From: Candidatus Omnitrophota bacterium | GTDB lineage: Bacteria > Omnitrophota > Gorgyraeia > 2-01-FULL-45-10 | Length of the DNA stretch: 64,000 nt | NCBI GenBank assembly: GCA_041650935.1 | Contig: JBAZKH010000003.1 | Coordinates: 165,269 to 229,268 of the forward strand | Direction: 5' to 3' | Notes under the pieces: model-generated | Told to the model about the DNA's origin: nothing | The model's database searches: none | What the model saw: the letters and a program-made list of their open reading frames with translations, nothing else | Shown here: positions 1-9,690 of the stretch, piece after piece | Numbering within the stretch: the stretch's first letter is position 1 | Layout: each line of letters opens with the position of its first letter | Position numbers and translations under genes: made by a program

Positions 1-187
1 AATCTTTAAAAAAATATATGCCTAATGCCAGCGCCGTCCCCAGGTGGAGGGAGACGTCGAACGCCAGACCCTGATATTGCCATTTAAAAAAGAATGGGGC
101 TATAACCAGGTGCGCCGAACTCGATACCGGCAGAACCTCTGTCAGCCCCTGGATTATTCCCAATATTACAGCATGTGAAAACGGCAT
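1..187 (-). CDS. uppP: Undecaprenyl-diphosphatase (UppP/BacA), N-terminal fragment; the gene continues past the window start
   Basis: Minus-strand translation from the ATG at 187..185 gives MPFSHAVILGIIQGLTEVLPVSSSAHLVIAPFFF, matching the conserved UppP N-terminus (GxxQGxTEfLPxSSs/tgHL). Confidence 0.7.
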   Translation of the reverse strand, partial: MPFSHAVILGIIQGLTEVLPVSSSAHLVIAPFFFKWQYQGLAFDVSLHLGTALALGIYFFKD

Positions 188-293
188 ATTATCTTTAGTT
201 TAGCATCTAACCCGCATCATTTCAAGCAAGTTGCTTCGAGTGATTCCTGCCGTTTCCCAGCTATATGAATTTTTTTATCTTCTTTCCCATAGA

Positions 294-1682
294 CTATCCG
301 CGCCTTTCTTTTACCGGCAAAAGAAAGCAGAAGGTCGTTCCTTTGCCAAACTCCGATTCTACCCATATCTTGCCTCCATGTTTCTCTATTATCTCTTTTG
401 AAATGGCAAGGCCCAGGCCGGTCCCGGGAGTCCTTACCTTTTGCCCCGATTCTCCGCGCCAAAATTTTTGGAAGACTTTGGGGATATCCTCATGACGTAT
501 CCCTGCTCCGGTATCCGAGATTGCGATCTTTACTGCATTACCATTGACCTTTGCTGATATCCTTACACTACCTTTTTCCGTAAATTTAATTGCATTATTC
601 ACAAGGTTCATAAAGACCTGCAATATCTTATCTTTATCAAAAAATATCCTGGGGATATCTTTTGCAAAATACATAGACAGCTTTATATCCTTTTCGTTCG
701 CCAGCGGCAGCATCGTCTTATAACACTCCGCGACCACATCCTTCACGCAGTACTGCCTGGGATTGAATATGGTAATTCCGGATTCTATCTTCTGGAAATC
801 GAGCACATTGTCTATAAGCCTGTTGAGCCTGTCGACGTTCCTTTTCACTATGCCCAGTATCTTCTTATTCTTGCCGCCTATCTTCTCCTCGATCCCGTCA
901 AATACTAGAGCAATGCCTTCTCTTATCGCCGCAAGCGGGGTGCGCAGCTCATGGGAGACCGAATTTACAAAGCTATCTTTCATGGCCATTAAATTTTTAC
1001 GTTCGGTTATATCTCTTATTATGGATATAAGGCGATACCTATCGCCTATTATCGCGCGTTTTACTTTCGCTTCCACCCAGAAAATATTTCCGGACTTGGT
1101 CACGCCCTGCCATTCGAACGTCTGCGGTTCACCCAGCGCCGCTTTTTCGTAAAAATGCCTGGCGTCTTCCCACCTGTATAAAAATTCGTCTGCCATGAAG
1201 TCCTTTATATATAGTCCTTCTATCTCCTCTTTGGAGTATCCGAACATTTCGCACGCGGCCCTGTTAGCTTCGATCGTCTTATATGTCTTCATATCCCGTA
1301 TCATTATAGCATCGGTAGCCAGCTCAAATATCGACCTGTAATTGGCCTCGGATATCTGGAGGGCCGCTTCCGCGGCTTTGCGCTTTGTAGTATCCCTGAA
1401 ACTTCCTACAAGATACTTCTTACCCTTTAAATATATAAGCGACGTAGCTATGTCTGCATAAAAGACGGTGCCGTCTTTCTTCTTGATGATCATATCGGTC
1501 GCGAGCTTAAGATTCCCTTTGGCCTGGCTTGCGAAGATATCAATAACATGTGCTAACTCTTCGTCGGGATGTATATCTTTGACACCAAGGTCCTTCAGTT
1601 CCTCCTCGGTGTAACCCAGCATGCGGCATATGGCTTTATTAACCATCAAAAACTGCTTCGATTCCACATCAGCCATGATCAT
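294..1682 (-). CDS. PAS-domain sensor histidine kinase (HisKA + HATPase_c)
   Basis: Tandem PAS-like segments, an H-box HELRTPLAAIREG, and N/G1/G2 boxes (NLVNNAIKFT, DTGAGI, GTGLGLAI). Confidence 0.9.
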   Translation of the reverse strand: MIMADVESKQFLMVNKAICRMLGYTEEELKDLGVKDIHPDEELAHVIDIFASQAKGNLKLATDMIIKKKDGTVFYADIATSLIYLKGKKYLVGSFRDTTKRKAAEAALQISEANYRSIFELATDAIMIRDMKTYKTIEANRAACEMFGYSKEEIEGLYIKDFMADEFLYRWEDARHFYEKAALGEPQTFEWQGVTKSGNIFWVEAKVKRAIIGDRYRLISIIRDITERKNLMAMKDSFVNSVSHELRTPLAAIREGIALVFDGIEEKIGGKNKKILGIVKRNVDRLNRLIDNVLDFQKIESGITIFNPRQYCVKDVVAECYKTMLPLANEKDIKLSMYFAKDIPRIFFDKDKILQVFMNLVNNAIKFTEKGSVRISAKVNGNAVKIAISDTGAGIRHEDIPKVFQKFWRGESGQKVRTPGTGLGLAISKEIIEKHGGKIWVESEFGKGTTFCFLLPVKERRG

Positions 1683-1984
1683 ACCGTCTGTGGCATCGTT
1701 AAATATAGCATTGAACTTATCTTCCGATTCCGCAAGCGCCTCCGCGCGTTCTCTTATAACGCCTTCGAGATGCTCGCAGTATTTCGCGAGTTTCTCTTCC
1801 GAATACTTGCGCGTCTTTTTAGAAATAGGTGGTCTCCTTCTTTAAAGACTCTGGAAAGTAAAAGACCGGGTTTTGCTTAAATATTCAAGCAAAATCCGGT
1901 CTATAACCGCTTCTCGATCAAACACATAGATCTCCCTGTTTTTACCAAAGAGACATATATTTTATGGTATCCTCCCGGGGTTTA

Positions 1985-2362
1985 TTATGCAAGATATATT
2001 TTGTCCCCCATTGCTTCCCTGGTCGCAATGAGCTTCACGCCAAGACCGAGAAAATTATCGACTAGCGTTTCGCCGGACTTCACCGGCGAACGCACCGTAA
2101 CCTTCTTTATCTCCTCCACCGCCTTGAACAGGTCCTGCTTCGGGATCGGCTTATCGGTCCTAACAGGGATAATCTTCAAATCGAGCCCCGCGGCCGCGAC
2201 GGTAGCGGTAAAGAGCCGCGCGGGACTCACCGCTTCCGTCAAGGCGTATTTAACACCTCGCGGACATTTCGCGCCGGTCACTTTCGTAACCTTGCAATTC
2301 TCAATATCGACGGAAAGGAGACAGCTATTCGGACATTCTATACAGACCATCTTCTTAGTCAT
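1985..2362 (-). CDS. DUF1667 protein; small subunit of an anaerobic glycerol-3-phosphate dehydrogenase-like complex
   Basis: 125 aa starting MTKKMVCIECPNSC...KCPRG with a Cys cluster. Co-operonic with two flavoproteins and glpK, the usual DUF1667 context. Confidence 0.6.
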   Translation of the reverse strand: MTKKMVCIECPNSCLLSVDIENCKVTKVTGAKCPRGVKYALTEAVSPARLFTATVAAAGLDLKIIPVRTDKPIPKQDLFKAVEEIKKVTVRSPVKSGETLVDNFLGLGVKLIATREAMGDKIYLA

Positions 2363-2383
2363 TCTGCTACGCCCTCCTATGCG

Positions 2384-3364
2384 TCAATTTGAGCTTCCTC
2401 TTATATACTCTGCGGCGAGTTTACCGGCAAGCTCGCTATCGGCGGTAACGGAATCGACGTAATCGTAGACCTTGAACGAATTACCGCAAACGAAGATGCC
2501 GGGTATCGACGTCTTATTAACCTCTTTCGAAACGGGAGAATTGGTCCTTTTGTCTATAGCGGCGCCGGCCATCTCTATCATCTCATTTTCCGGGATGAGC
2601 CCGACCGATACCAGGACCGTATCGCAATCTATCACGACTTCGGTACCGGGAATTTGATTCATCGCCGTATCCACCTTAGCCGCGGTCACCCTCTCAACCC
2701 TATCCCTTCCCTCTATCTTCAATACCTTATGGTTGAAATATATAGGTATATCGAAGTCCTCGACGCATTGGACAACGTTACGGGCCAGCCCCCTCGTGGC
2801 AGGCTGGATCTCCATTATCGCTTTTACTTTAGCGCCGTTCATTGTAAAGCGCCGCGCCATGATAAGACCGATATCGCCCGAACCGATTATAACGACTTCT
2901 TTGCCCGGCAACAGGCCTTCGATATTTATCAGCTTCTGGGCGAGCCCGGCGGAGAATATGCCCGCGGGCCTTGTGCCCGGTATATGGATCATCTCGCGCG
3001 TCCTCTCACGGCAGCCGGTGGCCATTATAAGGGCCTTCGGCCGGACGAGGAACAGTCCTCCGGGCTTAAGGTATGTGACCGTCTTGTCGCCTGCAAGGCG
3101 CACAACGAACGACCTTAAGGATATTTCGATCCCGGGTATCGATTTTATCTTCTTTATGAATCTATCGGCATATTCGGGGCCGGTGAGGAGCTCTTTAAAA
3201 TAGTCGAGACCGAAGCCGGTATGTATGCACTGGTTCAATATGCCGCCCAGATACTGGTCCCGCTCGATGAGCAGTATATCCTTTACACCGTTTTCGTGCG
3301 CAGCAATAGCCGCCGCCATTCCCGCCGGTCCGCCTCCGACTACAACGAGATCTCTTTTATCCAT
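2384..3364 (-). CDS. FAD/NAD(P)-binding pyridine nucleotide-disulfide oxidoreductase-family protein (GlpB-like)
   Basis: N-terminal Rossmann motif VVVGGGPAGMAAA and a second dinucleotide motif VVIIGSGDIG. Lies in the glp operon. Confidence 0.75.
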   Translation of the reverse strand: MDKRDLVVVGGGPAGMAAAIAAHENGVKDILLIERDQYLGGILNQCIHTGFGLDYFKELLTGPEYADRFIKKIKSIPGIEISLRSFVVRLAGDKTVTYLKPGGLFLVRPKALIMATGCRERTREMIHIPGTRPAGIFSAGLAQKLINIEGLLPGKEVVIIGSGDIGLIMARRFTMNGAKVKAIMEIQPATRGLARNVVQCVEDFDIPIYFNHKVLKIEGRDRVERVTAAKVDTAMNQIPGTEVVIDCDTVLVSVGLIPENEMIEMAGAAIDKRTNSPVSKEVNKTSIPGIFVCGNSFKVYDYVDSVTADSELAGKLAAEYIRGSSN

Positions 3365-3378
3365 ATGACTTATCCACA

Positions 3379-3408
3379 GCGTAGGGGACGTTTAAACGTC
3401 CCCTACGC
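3379..3408. repeat. 30 bp perfect palindrome with a GTTTAAAC core, between the GlpA-like gene and the second flavoprotein gene
   Basis: GCGTAGGGGACGTTTAAACGTCCCCTACGC; same family as 41075..41106. Confidence 0.85.
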
Positions 3409-4836
3409 CGGGCTTCTCTCCTCTTTGACTATTTCCGAGCCGCGGCCGCGTTTTGTCACTTTGGTAATCGGCGCTTTCGTCTCTTCCGCCAGTATCCTCA
3501 TGATCCTTGTGGTGCAGAAGCTTCCATGGCACCTGCCTGCCTGGGCGCGGGTCCTGAACTTTATCCCGTCCATTGTCCGCGCGCCCCTGGCTATTGCGTC
3601 GCGCACCTCTTTGGCGGAAACCATCTCGCACCTGCAGACGATATCGCCGTAAGAGGCGTCTTTTTTTATGAAACGTTTTGTTTTTTCAGGCGGTATCGCG
3701 AATAGATGGACCTCTTTCTTCCTGTGTTTGTAAAATACCAGTTTCCTGGCCATCTTAAGGCCGTTTTTCTTTAATAAGCCGGTTACCATAAGGGCTATCG
3801 CGGGCGCGGCCGTCAGGCCCGGAGACTGTATGCCGGCGACAGTGATGAAACCCGGCACCTTCTCTTCGTGCCGGATTATGAAATCTTCCCCCGCAACCGG
3901 CCTAAGACCGGCGAAATACGCGATAATGTCATTTCCGTTTATCGAGGGGACGAGCCGTTGGGCGCCCTCGAGCGCCTTCTTTAAGCCTGCCTCGCTGGTC
4001 GAGAGGTCCTCTTTATCCTTAATATCTTCCGCTGTCGGGCCTATCATAGGATTGCCGTCGGATGTTCTTGTAACGAGCATACCTTTCGAAGTCTTCGAAG
4101 GCAGAGGAAATAATAGATGCCTGGTCAGGTTCTCCCTCTTTTTGTCGAGGAGAAATTCTTCGCCCTTGCGCGGCGTTACTTTGAAATCGGTAATACCGAC
4201 CATGCGCGATATCTCATCGGCGTATAAGCCCGCCGCATTCACTATATAACGGGCGCGGAATTTTTCGTTAGAAACGGCTATCTCAAAGCCGGGTTTTAGC
4301 GATGAAATATTTTCGACCTTTGTCCCGGTATGGATCTCGACGCCGTTCTTGGCGGCATTCTCGGCAAAATCGTAGACCCATCTGTATGGGCTGATTATAC
4401 CGGCCGTCGGGGCGTAGAGCGCGGCCTGCGCTTCACCCGACAGGTTCGGCTCATTTTTTTTAAGCCATGCCCTGTCCACTACCTTGAGGCCGGGGACTCC
4501 CAGCGCATCTCCTTCTTTCTTCAATTGCAAAAGGCGGGCGCATTCCTCATCATTGAAAGCGACTACGAGCTCGCCAACCTCTTTGAAATCTATATAAAGC
4601 TCTTTCGCGAGTTTTTTTGTTAAGCGGTTACCTTCTACGCACAGCTTCCCTCTCAGGGAATTGAGCGGGTGCTGTGTTCCCGGGTGGATGATCCCGCTAT
4701 TCGACTTCGAGACGCCGAAGGCAAGCTCCGCCTCTTTTTCGAAGAGAGCGACATGCAGCCTGTATCGCGAGAGCTCGCGCGCTATAGCGGTACCGACAAC
4801 GCCGCCTCCTATTACCGCAACATCATAAGCGTTCAC
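3403..4836 (-). CDS. FAD-dependent glycerol-3-phosphate dehydrogenase/oxidase (GlpA-like, DAO family) with a C-terminal BFD-like [2Fe-2S] domain
   Basis: N-terminal VAVIGGGVVGTAIAREL, and a C-terminal CRCEMVSAKEVRDAI...GRCHGSFC cysteine motif. Adjacent to glpK. Confidence 0.8.
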   Translation of the reverse strand: MNAYDVAVIGGGVVGTAIARELSRYRLHVALFEKEAELAFGVSKSNSGIIHPGTQHPLNSLRGKLCVEGNRLTKKLAKELYIDFKEVGELVVAFNDEECARLLQLKKEGDALGVPGLKVVDRAWLKKNEPNLSGEAQAALYAPTAGIISPYRWVYDFAENAAKNGVEIHTGTKVENISSLKPGFEIAVSNEKFRARYIVNAAGLYADEISRMVGITDFKVTPRKGEEFLLDKKRENLTRHLLFPLPSKTSKGMLVTRTSDGNPMIGPTAEDIKDKEDLSTSEAGLKKALEGAQRLVPSINGNDIIAYFAGLRPVAGEDFIIRHEEKVPGFITVAGIQSPGLTAAPAIALMVTGLLKKNGLKMARKLVFYKHRKKEVHLFAIPPEKTKRFIKKDASYGDIVCRCEMVSAKEVRDAIARGARTMDGIKFRTRAQAGRCHGSFCTTRIMRILAEETKAPITKVTKRGRGSEIVKEERSPA

Positions 4837-6315
4837 TTAAGTAAGGGTCCTTTCCACAGCATTACGCCAGCCGGCATATAGTCTAAGCGCAGTCTTAGCC
4901 GGCATCCGCGGTTTAAATATTTTATCGACCGCCCAGCATTTTTTTATCTCGCCGGTGTTTTTCCAGTAACCTACCGCAAGCCCCGCCAGATATGCCGCGC
5001 CCAGAGATGTTGTCTCTATCACCTTCGGTCTCACAACATCTATACCCAGGAGATCCGCCTGGAACCGGCAGAGGAAATTATTCGCAACCGCGCCGCCGTC
5101 GACCTTTAGACTCTTTATTTTGAGCTTCGAATCCTTCTCCATCGCGTCTACGACATCCTTCGTCTGATAACACATCGCCTCGAGCGCCGCCCTTATGATG
5201 TGGCTGGCATGCGTGCCGCGCGTAATGCCGTATATGGCGCCGCGCGCATCCTGGTCCCAGTAAGGCGCCCCCAAACCCACGAGCGCCGGCACAAAATAGA
5301 CTCCCGCGTTGTCCGCGACCGAGCCGGCCATTATCTCTGATTGCGAAGCGTGTTTCAATATCTTCAACCCATCGCGCAGCCACTGTATGGCGGCACCCGC
5401 GACGAATACGGCACCCTCCAGCACATAGATGGGGTCACCGCCGGTTCCACAACCCAGAGTCGTGATAAGCCCGTATCGCGAAACCGGCCTCCGCCTGCCG
5501 GTGTTCAGGAGGACGAAACACCCTGTGCCGTAAGTATTCTTCATGGTGCCCGGCTCAAAACACGTCTGGCCGAATAACGCTGCCTGCTGGTCGCCGGCCA
5601 CTCCCGATATCGGGATACCGGCCGGAAGGCGTCCTATACGCACCGTGCGGCCGAAAAGGCCCGACGATTTTTTGACTTCAGGCAGAATCTCTTTCGGGAT
5701 CCTCAGCTTCTTTAAGATCGCTTCGTCCCATTCGAGACGTTCGATATTAAAACACATCGTCCTGGAGGCATTCGTGTAATCGGTCGCGTGTACTCCGGCG
5801 CCGGTAAGTTTCCACAATATCCACGAGTCGGTTGTGCCGAAACATATCTCGCCTCTTCGCGCTCTAGAAAGAACGCCCGGCACATTCTTAAGTATCCACT
5901 CTATCTTTGTCGCGGAGAAATACGCATCGATGGGCAGTCCTGTCCTCCTCCTGAAAAAAGCGTGGACGCTGCTCTTAGACTTTAGCTCATCACAGCGGCC
6001 GGCGGTCCTGCGGCACTGCCACACTATCGCATTATAGACAGGCCTTCCGGTCCGGCGATCCCACATGACCGTAGTCTCGCGCTGGTTAGTTATGCCTATC
6101 GCGGCTATCGACGCCGGAGGCACTTTGCCCAAGACCTTCTGGATGGAACCATTGACGCTCTTCCACAGGTCGGACGGATCATGTTCCACCCATCCGGGGC
6201 GGGGAAAATGCTGCGGAAATTCCTGGTAAGCGGAAGCAACTTTTCTACCCTTCCTGTCATAGACGACGGCGCGGCTTCCGGTCGTTCCCTGGTCTATTGC
6301 CATTATATAACGCAT
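4837..6315 (-). CDS. glpK: Glycerol kinase
   Basis: Colinear with GlpK signatures: AIDQGTTGSRAVVYD, GWVEHDP, AIGITNQRETT, YNAIVWQCRRTA, GTTDSWILWKLTG, DQQAALFGQ, NTYGTGCF, VDGGAVANNFL. Confidence 0.95.
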   Translation of the reverse strand: MRYIMAIDQGTTGSRAVVYDRKGRKVASAYQEFPQHFPRPGWVEHDPSDLWKSVNGSIQKVLGKVPPASIAAIGITNQRETTVMWDRRTGRPVYNAIVWQCRRTAGRCDELKSKSSVHAFFRRRTGLPIDAYFSATKIEWILKNVPGVLSRARRGEICFGTTDSWILWKLTGAGVHATDYTNASRTMCFNIERLEWDEAILKKLRIPKEILPEVKKSSGLFGRTVRIGRLPAGIPISGVAGDQQAALFGQTCFEPGTMKNTYGTGCFVLLNTGRRRPVSRYGLITTLGCGTGGDPIYVLEGAVFVAGAAIQWLRDGLKILKHASQSEIMAGSVADNAGVYFVPALVGLGAPYWDQDARGAIYGITRGTHASHIIRAALEAMCYQTKDVVDAMEKDSKLKIKSLKVDGGAVANNFLCRFQADLLGIDVVRPKVIETTSLGAAYLAGLAVGYWKNTGEIKKCWAVDKIFKPRMPAKTALRLYAGWRNAVERTLT

Positions 6316-6389
6316 AAAAGACTCCTATAAAATAATGCATAGTAAATCCGGCTGACTCTTCCTATTCACTCTCCGCTATTACCTATTCA

Positions 6390-7196
6390 CTACAATCTCT
6401 TCTCCACCCAGTTTAATATTTCCATGGATACCTTCTCCTTGCCCAGATCGATCGAAAGCGCGTGGCGCATATCGGGAAATTCTACAAACATTTTGTCGGC
6501 TGCCGCGACTCTCTTAAAGACCCTTTTTGCCGCAGACGAATCTACTATTCTGTCGTCACCGGCTATAAGAAAAAGGAGCGGTATCCCTATCTTTTTTCTT
6601 CCGAAACGCGCTTTGAACTGGGATGACAATATATCGAATATCTCTATTACCGGAATCGAGCGATATTCCCGCGGGTCCTCTTCCAGTCGTCTACTGCAGG
6701 CTTCATCACGTGTGCACATCGAGGAATCGAACGGCAGCTTAAAAGACTTATGTCTGTCGCAAAGAAGGGCTGTCAGCATCTTCAGGCCGTCGGCGATTGC
6801 CAGTCTATGTCTGTTCGCAAACGCGGGTGACAGGCAGACGAGACCGCTAAAAGGAGACGGCCGGCCGGAAACGAGACTAAACGATATGAGAGCCCCCATG
6901 CTTTCGCCGACGAGAAAAACCTTTTTTTCAGGATTCTCTTTCACGGCTATTTCATAAAGCCGGGATATCTTATCGTAATAATCCCGGAACCTGTATGAGC
7001 TCTTCTCCGGAGCGCCGCGCCTGTCAAAATCTTTAAGATCGACGGCATAGGAGGCTATGCCGTTCAGCAGGAAAAAATCGGCCATCGCCTCCCATCTTCC
7101 GCTATGGGCGCCTATGCCGTGGACCAATAAAAATACGGCCCTTGGCGCGGGCGGTGTCCATTGCCTGTAACCGACATTCCCGTTATTCGCAGCCAT
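6390..7196 (-). CDS. Alpha/beta hydrolase (lysophospholipase / monoacylglycerol lipase-like)
   Basis: HGIGAHSGRW and a GESMGA nucleophile elbow. The likely start is MAANNG at 7196..7194, overlapping the upstream stop in a TAATG arrangement (translational coupling). The longer ORF to 7328 is probably an over-extension. Confidence 0.75.
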   Translation of the reverse strand: MAANNGNVGYRQWTPPAPRAVFLLVHGIGAHSGRWEAMADFFLLNGIASYAVDLKDFDRRGAPEKSSYRFRDYYDKISRLYEIAVKENPEKKVFLVGESMGALISFSLVSGRPSPFSGLVCLSPAFANRHRLAIADGLKMLTALLCDRHKSFKLPFDSSMCTRDEACSRRLEEDPREYRSIPVIEIFDILSSQFKARFGRKKIGIPLLFLIAGDDRIVDSSAAKRVFKRVAAADKMFVEFPDMRHALSIDLGKEKVSMEILNWVEKRL

Positions 7197-8206
7197 TAGT
7201 TCTTTATCTCCCCGGCTAATTTCAATATAACGGCGTATACGCCTTTCACAACCCTGGATATGTTCCGGTAGTCCAATTTTTCGCACGTGTCCTCCTTTGT
7301 ATGCATCTTCGTATTGCGGTATATGCACGTGTCGGAAATCCAGACCGATTCATATCCGAATGTCCAGAAGGACCTGTTGTCAGAGGTCATGATCTGAGGC
7401 AAAAACGGCGCGGGCACAACCAGGTATTCCAGGGGCATATCAGAGGCCTTTTTAAATTCCCGGATGGTCGTCATTAATAGCCGGTACGATGCCGCGTCGC
7501 TCGTCATACCGATGAAGTTTCCTTTATCCGGATAGAAAGGCATCAAAACAAGCGGCCTGGCTTGAGAGCCGGGCTTATCGGAATAAAATCCCAGCATGTC
7601 GAGACATATTACACCCTCTATCCTCTCGCCTCTTTTTCTTGCCGCCTCGGCATATCTGTAACTGCCCATATCCTTATCCTGGACTACCAGCTCCAGTTCT
7701 TCGTTGGTAAAGGCTATGAATTTAACGGTCCGCTCCAGGCTGGTCCTTCGAATAAGCCGCGCAAGTTCAAGGACCGCGGCAACACCGGTAGCGTTATCGT
7801 CAGCGCCCGGCGAGACCCGGTGAGTATCGTAGTGACAGCAGACGATGATAACCTCATCTTTTTTGGCCGCGCCCGATTTGACTGCAATTATGTTCCGGAA
7901 AGACGCGCCCGGCGCAGGCACAACACTCATAGCATACACCTGCTCCGCCGGCTCATATCCGTATCTTTCGAATTCGGCTTTTATGTAATCCGCCGCGCGG
8001 TTTAAATTTTCATAGTGCGCCGGGTTCCTCGGGCCGATCTGCGCGGAGAGCATCTTTACGTGCTCCTCTATCTCCTCTTCGGCAAATAGGTTGAGAGCGG
8101 AAAAGGAGAGGGCCAGGAATAATAACGATATTCGTTTGGCCAAAAAATACGGCCTCGGTAAAATTCCCGGGGCCGCCATGCGGGGGGAACAAAATATGAC
8201 TGCCAT
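7196..8206 (-). CDS. M28-family zinc aminopeptidase (secreted)
   Basis: Signal peptide. M28 motifs CHYDT..GADDNATGVA and NEE(LE) metal ligands, plus a D..H C-terminal ligand region. Confidence 0.8.
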   Translation of the reverse strand: MAVIFCSPRMAAPGILPRPYFLAKRISLLFLALSFSALNLFAEEEIEEHVKMLSAQIGPRNPAHYENLNRAADYIKAEFERYGYEPAEQVYAMSVVPAPGASFRNIIAVKSGAAKKDEVIIVCCHYDTHRVSPGADDNATGVAAVLELARLIRRTSLERTVKFIAFTNEELELVVQDKDMGSYRYAEAARKRGERIEGVICLDMLGFYSDKPGSQARPLVLMPFYPDKGNFIGMTSDAASYRLLMTTIREFKKASDMPLEYLVVPAPFLPQIMTSDNRSFWTFGYESVWISDTCIYRNTKMHTKEDTCEKLDYRNISRVVKGVYAVILKLAGEIKN

Positions 8207-9690
8207 TACTTTACCTCTTCGCGGGGATGCTTTCTCATTATATCTTCCAGCCTATCTTTATATTTCAGGAAAGCGCCGCAAACTGCCGGATCGAACTGGG
8301 TGCCGGAATTCTTTTCTATCTCTTTTATCGCATCCTTGAAATCCATCTTCACTCTATAGGGCCTATCGGTCGTCATAGCATCGAAGGCGTCGGCAACGGC
8401 CACTATTCTGGCAAGAATAGGTATTTCATCACCTTTCAATCCTTCCGGGTAACCCTTCCCGTCATATCTTTCCTGATGATAAAGGACCACGTCCTTCACA
8501 TCCGTCAGAAAATCGATACCCTCTATTATCTTGGCGCCTCTTTGAGAATGCTTCTTAATCTCTTCGAAATCCTCTTTAGTAAGCTTATCTTTTTTAAGGA
8601 GAGCGCTATCGATATATATCTTGCCTATATCGTGTAAAAAACAGCTATAGCGCAGCTGCACTATCATCTCGTGGGGAAGATGCATGGCCTTTGCGATGAG
8701 GAGAGCATACTCCTGGACCCTGCTCACGTGCGTTTTCGTATAAGAGTCTCTTTCTTCGATCGCGTTCGTAAGGGCCACGACAGATTCGAGATGCGCCCTT
8801 CTCTCCCTTGCAAGCGACACCTGCAGTTCGCTTACCTTCTTTTTGATGGATATCCTCATCAATTCAAAGGCTCTTGCAAGGTGCCCTATCTCATCGTCTG
8901 TCTTTACATCGATCTCTTTATCGTAATGTTCTTTTTCGAGATCACCAACCGCTTCATCCAATTTTTTTATAGCGGCCACCAGGGCGGTGACAAGCTGATA
9001 ACTTATTAAAGCCACCATCAAAAATCCTATAACGCATATAGCTATTATGACCGCGAGCTCTTTGCGTAACAACATAAGGTACGAATCGATCCTATAGCTT
9101 ATTTCTACTATAATCCGTAATTCTTTCGACGGGAGTAACTCGCCGGGCGCATATGCCGATATCCATACCCCGTCTTTATCTTTGTAAATACCCGTAACCT
9201 GCGTCTGCCCGGAACGAAGGGCTTCTTTGATCTCCGGCTTTATCGTATAAGCCGTGCCCACTAAAAAAACCGGTTCGCTCGTCACGGCCATAAAAAGACG
9301 GTTCTCCGACGCGACATATATGTTTATGGGACTGTCAACATTGTTCGTCTCTTTTATACTGCGGAGCAGCGCCGAATATTTTTCATATACAGCCTTCGGA
9401 TCTCCCAATGACGTATCGGCGCCGGCAAGGCTTTTTTCCGAAGATGCCAGGGGCCGCTTGATATTTTCCGAATTTTCCAGAATGAACGAAATTATTTCCG
9501 AAGGCGTGACGGTCACTATTGTATTCGAAATGCTCCTGATGGAATCCTTAAGCATCATAACGATGCGGGATTTGGAGAACTGAAAGGAGAAGTAGCCTAA
9601 AGCGGCTGTGATCAGGAAGATACAAAAGAGATTTATGCCCAGTATCTTGACCTTAATACTATTTCTTGCTATATTTTTTTTCACGAGCAA
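8206..9690 (-). CDS. Membrane sensor with an HD-GYP c-di-GMP phosphodiesterase domain (periplasmic sensor, HAMP, HD-GYP)
   Basis: Two TM segments flank a roughly 170 aa periplasmic region. HD-GYP motifs HDIGK, HHERYDGKGYP and DAFDAMTTDRPY. The ORF-track start is TTG/GTG; the true start is uncertain by a few codons. Confidence 0.85.
   Translation of the reverse strand: MLVKKNIARNSIKVKILGINLFCIFLITAALGYFSFQFSKSRIVMMLKDSIRSISNTIVTVTPSEIISFILENSENIKRPLASSEKSLAGADTSLGDPKAVYEKYSALLRSIKETNNVDSPINIYVASENRLFMAVTSEPVFLVGTAYTIKPEIKEALRSGQTQVTGIYKDKDGVWISAYAPGELLPSKELRIIVEISYRIDSYLMLLRKELAVIIAICVIGFLMVALISYQLVTALVAAIKKLDEAVGDLEKEHYDKEIDVKTDDEIGHLARAFELMRISIKKKVSELQVSLARERRAHLESVVALTNAIEERDSYTKTHVSRVQEYALLIAKAMHLPHEMIVQLRYSCFLHDIGKIYIDSALLKKDKLTKEDFEEIKKHSQRGAKIIEGIDFLTDVKDVVLYHQERYDGKGYPEGLKGDEIPILARIVAVADAFDAMTTDRPYRVKMDFKDAIKEIEKNSGTQFDPAVCGAFLKYKDRLEDIMRKHPREEVK

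Noticed and set aside
763-1152. Numerous plus-strand ORFs of 60-250 aa nested antisense within long minus-strand genes (e.g. 763..1152, 2001..2462, 21279..22031, 25695..26333, 49771..50376, 61899..62792)
   Set aside because: These are shadow ORFs opposite well-supported genes with clear family motifs. They have low-complexity or Arg/Ser/Pro-rich composition typical of antisense frames in GC-rich DNA.
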